From Acaryochloris marina MBIC11017 (lineage in GTDB: Bacteria > Cyanobacteriota > Cyanobacteriia > Thermosynechococcales > Thermosynechococcaceae): a DNA stretch of 32,000 nucleotides. Numbering within the stretch: the first letter of the stretch is position 1; each line of letters begins with the position of its first letter. Shown one piece after another: positions 28,735-32,000 of this stretch. The stretch is taken from assembly GCF_000018105.1 (NCBI RefSeq), contig NC_009928.1:150001-182000 (forward strand), given 5' to 3'. Position numbers and translations under genes: made by a program. The notes beneath the pieces were generated by a model. That model worked only from the letters and a program-made list of their open reading frames with translations, had not been told where the DNA came from and ran no database searches.

Positions 28735-29803
28735 GGCACTGGTCTGTTAGCAGGATCTAGCTATAATGCCTTCGACGGAACCTGATGTAGATCAATGGAA
28801 TGCCCATACTGTCAAAGTGAGAAGATCCTTAAGCGTGGCTTTGATAGTCTGCAAGATGGGACATTAGTCCAGCGATATCAGTGTAAGGATTGCAATCGTC
28901 GTTTCAACGAACGCACAGGCACCCCAATGGCTCGTTTACGCACCGCTAGTTCAGTGGTGAGCTATGCCATCAAAGCTCGCACCGAAGGAATGGGGGTCCG
29001 TTCAGCAGGTCGTACCTTTGGTAAATCTCATACCACCATTATGCGTTGGGAAAAACGCCTAGCAGACCAAGCACAGAACTGGTCACCCCCCGCACCAGCA
29101 GCCTCTGATGTGACGGTAGAAGGGGATGAAGTATACACTCGTGTAGGCAAAAATCTTCCCCCCCAGCCAGTCCAAGGGCTGGACCATCCACTTCCTTGAA
29201 CGCGAAAGCCGCTATTGGTTGACAGCACTAGCTGGCCTCAAGGATGCACAACTTTTTGCAAATGGCGTTTACTCAGCTTGGGAGTGGGTGAAAGCCTGTG
29301 ATGGGATTCGATGGTTTACCGATGGTGAAAGGCGTTATGGACAAGAACTTTGGAAGCTTGCCAGTGTCTATCTCAAAGGTGATGAGTGTCATCCTGACTA
29401 TGGGCATCGCAAGGTTTGGCGAGAAGGGTTAGAAGTCGTGATGAAAGTTAAAGGGTCTCAGGGGAATCGGCGAGTAGAGTGGGTGAAAACAGAGCATCCC
29501 TTTACCGCTATCAGTCCAAGGTCTGAGATCCATGCCAATCATAATGAGGCTCACAATGCTGCCTTGAGGAGACGATGTAGTGCTTATCGAAGGCGGCAGA
29601 ATCTCTACGCTAAGAAGCGGTTGGGGTTACAGCGAGTGCTAGACGTACAACGCCTGATTCATAACTGGGTTAGACCCCATTGGGGACTCAGTAAGCAGAC
29701 CACACCAGCCATGGAGATGGGATTTTGTTCTCGCCCACTGAGTACTTTAGAACTCCTCACCAATAAAGGGTTTAGGTATGTGCCCTGTTAGTAGACCAGT
29801 GCC
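28735..29803 (+). mobile_element. IS1-family insertion sequence (1069 bp)
   Basis: Inverted repeats pair GGCACTGGTCTGTTAGCAGG (28735-28754) with CCTGTTAGTAGACCAGTGCC (29784-29803). There is no target duplication, which is consistent with an adjacent deletion. Confidence 0.7.
28795..29791 (+). pseudogene. IS1-family transposase in two frames joined at a C7 tract (frameshifted or slippage-dependent)
   Basis: The N terminus has a zinc finger and HTH (CPYCQS...YQCKDCNRRF, track ORF 28795..29199). GDEVYTRVGKNLPP is followed, in the +1 frame after CCCCCCC (29158-29164), by SQSKGWTIHFLERESRYW...FTDGERRYG...HANHNEAHNAALRRR (track ORF 29219..29791). Confidence 0.7.
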
Positions 29804-30174
29804 GGCGTTTCAGTCACATCCATCACAACGACATCCGGTCGCTCAAACCCTTGTAGCAGAGATTTCTGACCGGGTAAGCGAAAGAGTCCTGAGTTCATCA
29901 GAGCGGTCTCGACCTGGTGGACAATACGGCAGACTGTTGATTCAGAGACTTCCCAATCTCCAGCAATGTGGAAATAGGTCCGATATTCTCGCCAATATTG
30001 AAGGGCTACCAACAGTTGATCACATCGACACAACTTTGGAGGACGCCCTGCATTGGAGCGACTCAGGTGATAGGTATGCCATGCATGGAGCATGCGTTTA
30101 AAGGTTCGCTTGTAGACTCGAGTTCGTCGCTTAAAGTCCTTTGCACTCAGCTGTTGAGCTGTTTCGTAATTCAT
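29804..30174 (-). pseudogene. N-terminal 123 codons of the Harbinger-like DDE_Tnp_4 transposase, truncated at the IS1 end
   Basis: The product begins MNYETAQQLSAKDFKRRTRVYKRTFKRML and contains GRPPKLCRCDQLLVALQYWREYRTYFHIAGDWEVSESTVCRIV (HTH_Tnp_4 pattern). The reading breaks right after the first catalytic-region motif, VVMDVTETP. Confidence 0.7.
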
Positions 30175-30568
30175 TGGGTATGGTACTGAATAGAAAGAAC
30201 GTCAGGCTCAATACCATATCGCAAATTCAATTATGCAAGAGGTCTAATATCTTGAATAACTATTATAATTGAATAGGAAATGGCTATTGTTGCTTGTTTG
30301 AGACTCGTTGTTTTATCGCCTTATCAAGTTATGACAATAATCATGTGGATAAAGCATGACGATTCAATGTCTCGATTGAAAAACTGAAAATTTTAGTTTA
30401 CAAAAGCACTACCAAATAGAAATAGAGCAACAAAGTTGTATTTGATGAGTTTACAAAAATAGTTTGAATTCTGTAGAAGAATAAATTAGTTCATTGATAA
30501 CTCTTTCGTCTGCTGAACTCTTTTATCTAGTTATAAGTTATTTACCTTTAAAATGAGGTGGCTTTTGA

Positions 30569-30787
30569 ATGTCTAACCGTTATTTAGCCGATGCATTGGC
30601 ACTTGTCTATAATAATTTAACGCTGGCGGAAAGAATTATTGAATGTGCTGAGGAAGCTGGTGATGACTTCAGTCCAAAGGCAAGACAAGGATTAGCCAGA
30701 GCTCATGCTGGCCTAACAATGGCAACTCAAGGAATGGAATATGAAGAGCTACAGGCAGCGATTATGCTTACCCATTCCAATGAATAG
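30569..30787 (+). CDS. Hypothetical small protein (72 aa)
   Basis: An ATG follows a GAGGTGG Shine-Dalgarno 8 nt upstream. The product is helical and acidic. I recognise no family. Confidence 0.45.
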   Translation: MSNRYLADALALVYNNLTLAERIIECAEEAGDDFSPKARQGLARAHAGLTMATQGMEYEELQAAIMLTHSNE

Positions 30788-30913
30788 TTGTTTTATCAAA
30801 TATAATGTAGGCTGCTTCAGATTCGGATCGCCATTCCCAATAGAATACCCATCAACTCAATTGCATGGGCGCCATGGAGGTCAATTACAGAAATAAATTC
30901 TTCAGGTTCATCA

Positions 30914-31138
30914 TCAACGCCTAGCCAGAAGTTCATCGATTTGCACTAGGGCCTCCTTAAGCTGACTCACGATAGAACGGGTGATCATCATCCCACCTTG
31001 AACCAGTACGGTGCCATTGAGTGGATGGAGAATTGGTTGTTGCACCCTTTTACCTATCAGAGCATCTAGATCTTCAATCTGGAGAGTGATCAAAACCGGG
31101 GAAAAGAGAAATTCTTCTACCTGAAATCCATCAAGCAC
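30914..31138 (-). CDS. Hypothetical protein, start uncertain
   Basis: This is part of track ORF 30914..31174. A possible GTG at 31138 overlaps the recombinase stop. The sequence LDGFQVEEFLFSPVLITLQIEDLDALIGKRV...VQGGMMITR is not recognised. Confidence 0.3.
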   Translation of the reverse strand: MLDGFQVEEFLFSPVLITLQIEDLDALIGKRVQQPILHPLNGTVLVQGGMMITRSIVSQLKEALVQIDELLARR

Positions 31139-31690
31139 CTGCACCTTCAGTATCCTTGAGATAGCTATACACACTGGCTTTTGAGAGATTGTAATCTTCC
31201 ATTAGTACCCTGATCAGTTCTCCCTGCGCTCGTCGATTCCGCAATTCAGTACATTGCTGTGGCGTCAACTTACTATTGCGTCCAAAACTGACTCCACGGG
31301 CTCTGGCATTTTTAATCCCATCCATTTGACGCTCAGCCCGGATTTCAGTCTCGAACTGGGCAATCGCTCCGAGGACATTAAACAGCAATCGCCCCGTCGC
31401 ATCAGTCGTATCGATATTCTGGTCAAGCACCTGAAGATGCACTTGTTTCTATCTAACTGCTCTGCCACTTGGCACAGGTGAAGCGTCGAGCGAGCCAGTC
31501 GATCTAATCGAGTAACAACCAGCGTATCCCCATCCCTCACATACTCCAGACAAGCCTTAAGCCGAGGTCGTTGATACGAAACACCACTCCGCTTTTCCTG
31601 GAAGATTTTGTCACAGTCCCTGAGCTTATCAAGCTGGACATTCAGACTCTGCCCTACGGAACTGACCCGCGCATAGCCAACCCTCGCCAT
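31131..31690 (-). pseudogene. Small serine recombinase (resolvase/invertase family) with one frameshift
   Basis: The N terminus MARVGYARVSSVGQSLNVQLDKL...LVVTRLDRLARS contains the catalytic Ser motif. After a 1-nt loss near 31443-31450 the protein continues in another frame as VHLQVLDQNIDTTDATGRLLFNVLGAIAQFETEIRAERQ, with a C-terminal HTH. Confidence 0.85.
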
Positions 31691-31753
31691 GATCTGCCTC
31701 TCAATGTATCGCGATGTTTTAAACTATATGAGAAAGGTATTTTGAACCATTAA

Positions 31754-32000
31754 TTAGACCTCTTGCATAATTGAATTTGCGATATGGTATTGAGCCTGAC
31801 GTTCTTTCTATTCAGCACCATACCCAATGAATTACGAAACAGCTCAACAGCTGAGTGCAAAGGACTTTAAGCGACGAACTCGAGTCTACAAACAAACCTT
31901 TAAACGCATGCTCCACGCATGGCATACCTATCACCTGAGTCGCTCAAATGCAGGGCATCCACCAACGTTATGTCGATGTGATCAGCTTTTGGTGGCCCTT
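31754..32000 (+). mobile_element. Harbinger-like (DDE_Tnp_4-type) IS, second copy, running off the window
   Basis: It starts with TTAGACCTCTTGCATAATTGAATTTGCGATATGG and is the inverted near-identical counterpart of 30001-30247. Confidence 0.75.
31827..32000 (+). CDS. DDE_Tnp_4-type transposase, 5' part only (window edge)
   Basis: ATG AAT TAC GAA ACA GCT ... encodes MNYETAQQLSAKDFKRRTRVYKQTFKRMLHAWHTYHLSRSNAGHPPTLCRCDQLLVAL, open to the end of the window. Confidence 0.7.
   Translation, partial: MNYETAQQLSAKDFKRRTRVYKQTFKRMLHAWHTYHLSRSNAGHPPTLCRCDQLLVAL

Larger units (their letters stand above)
28704..30247 (-). mobile_element. Harbinger-like (DDE_Tnp_4-type, IS5 superfamily) IS remnant with an IS1 insertion and an internal deletion
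   Basis: One end, TTAGACATCTTGCAATATTCATTTGACGATG, lies at 28704-28734. The other end, ...CAATTATGCAAGAGGTCTAA, finishes at 30247. Only about 0.48 kb of the element's own sequence remains around the IS1 element. Confidence 0.6.

Noticed and set aside
30914-31174. The N terminus MCIAI... of ORF 30914..31174 superficially recalls HypC/HupF (MCLAIPG...).
   Set aside because: The similarity is limited to four or five residues. That part overlaps the recombinase coding frame and is probably not translated, and the rest does not follow the HypC pattern.
1-32000. I looked for defence or novel-system signatures: Cas, reverse transcriptase, restriction-modification, toxin-antitoxin pairs, nucleotide cyclases, STAND or AAA ATPases, and phage genes.
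   Set aside because: No ORF in the track shows such motifs. All large ORFs are accounted for by transposases, photosynthetic antenna genes or the AraC/MAPEG/SDR/pentapeptide block. Claiming a cryptic protein system here would be unsupported.

Overview
This looks like cyanobacterial accessory DNA, probably from a plasmid or genomic island. Roughly half of the window is insertion-sequence debris. I count at least 11 IS copies or fragments: IS5-family, IS4/IS701-like, IS3, ISL3, ISAzo13, IS1-family and a Harbinger-like DDE_Tnp_4 type. Several are nested inside one another, and there are three MITE-like families. Almost every transposase reading frame is broken. Two inverted copies of one IS5-family element (32-920 and 16123-16917) bracket a compact light-harvesting cassette. 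It holds a CpcL-type membrane-anchored rod linker, ferrochelatase with a C-terminal CAB helix, heme oxygenase, cpcB-cpcA-cpcC, an unusual two-domain cpcD, and the bilin lyase cpcS. nblA sits just outside the cassette. The right third carries a divergent AraC / MAPEG-SDR unit, two tandem pentapeptide-repeat proteins, and a frameshifted serine recombinase flanked by inverted IS copies. I saw no rRNA, tRNA, CRISPR array or recognisable defence, toxin-antitoxin or restriction genes. The unexplained signals are two structured noncoding repeat families: a 123-bp element in 4 copies and a 225-bp element in 2 copies. The gene content and IS load resemble Acaryochloris-type plasmid-borne phycocyanin regions, but that is an unverified inference. 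All family calls come from motif recognition by eye, because no searches could be run.
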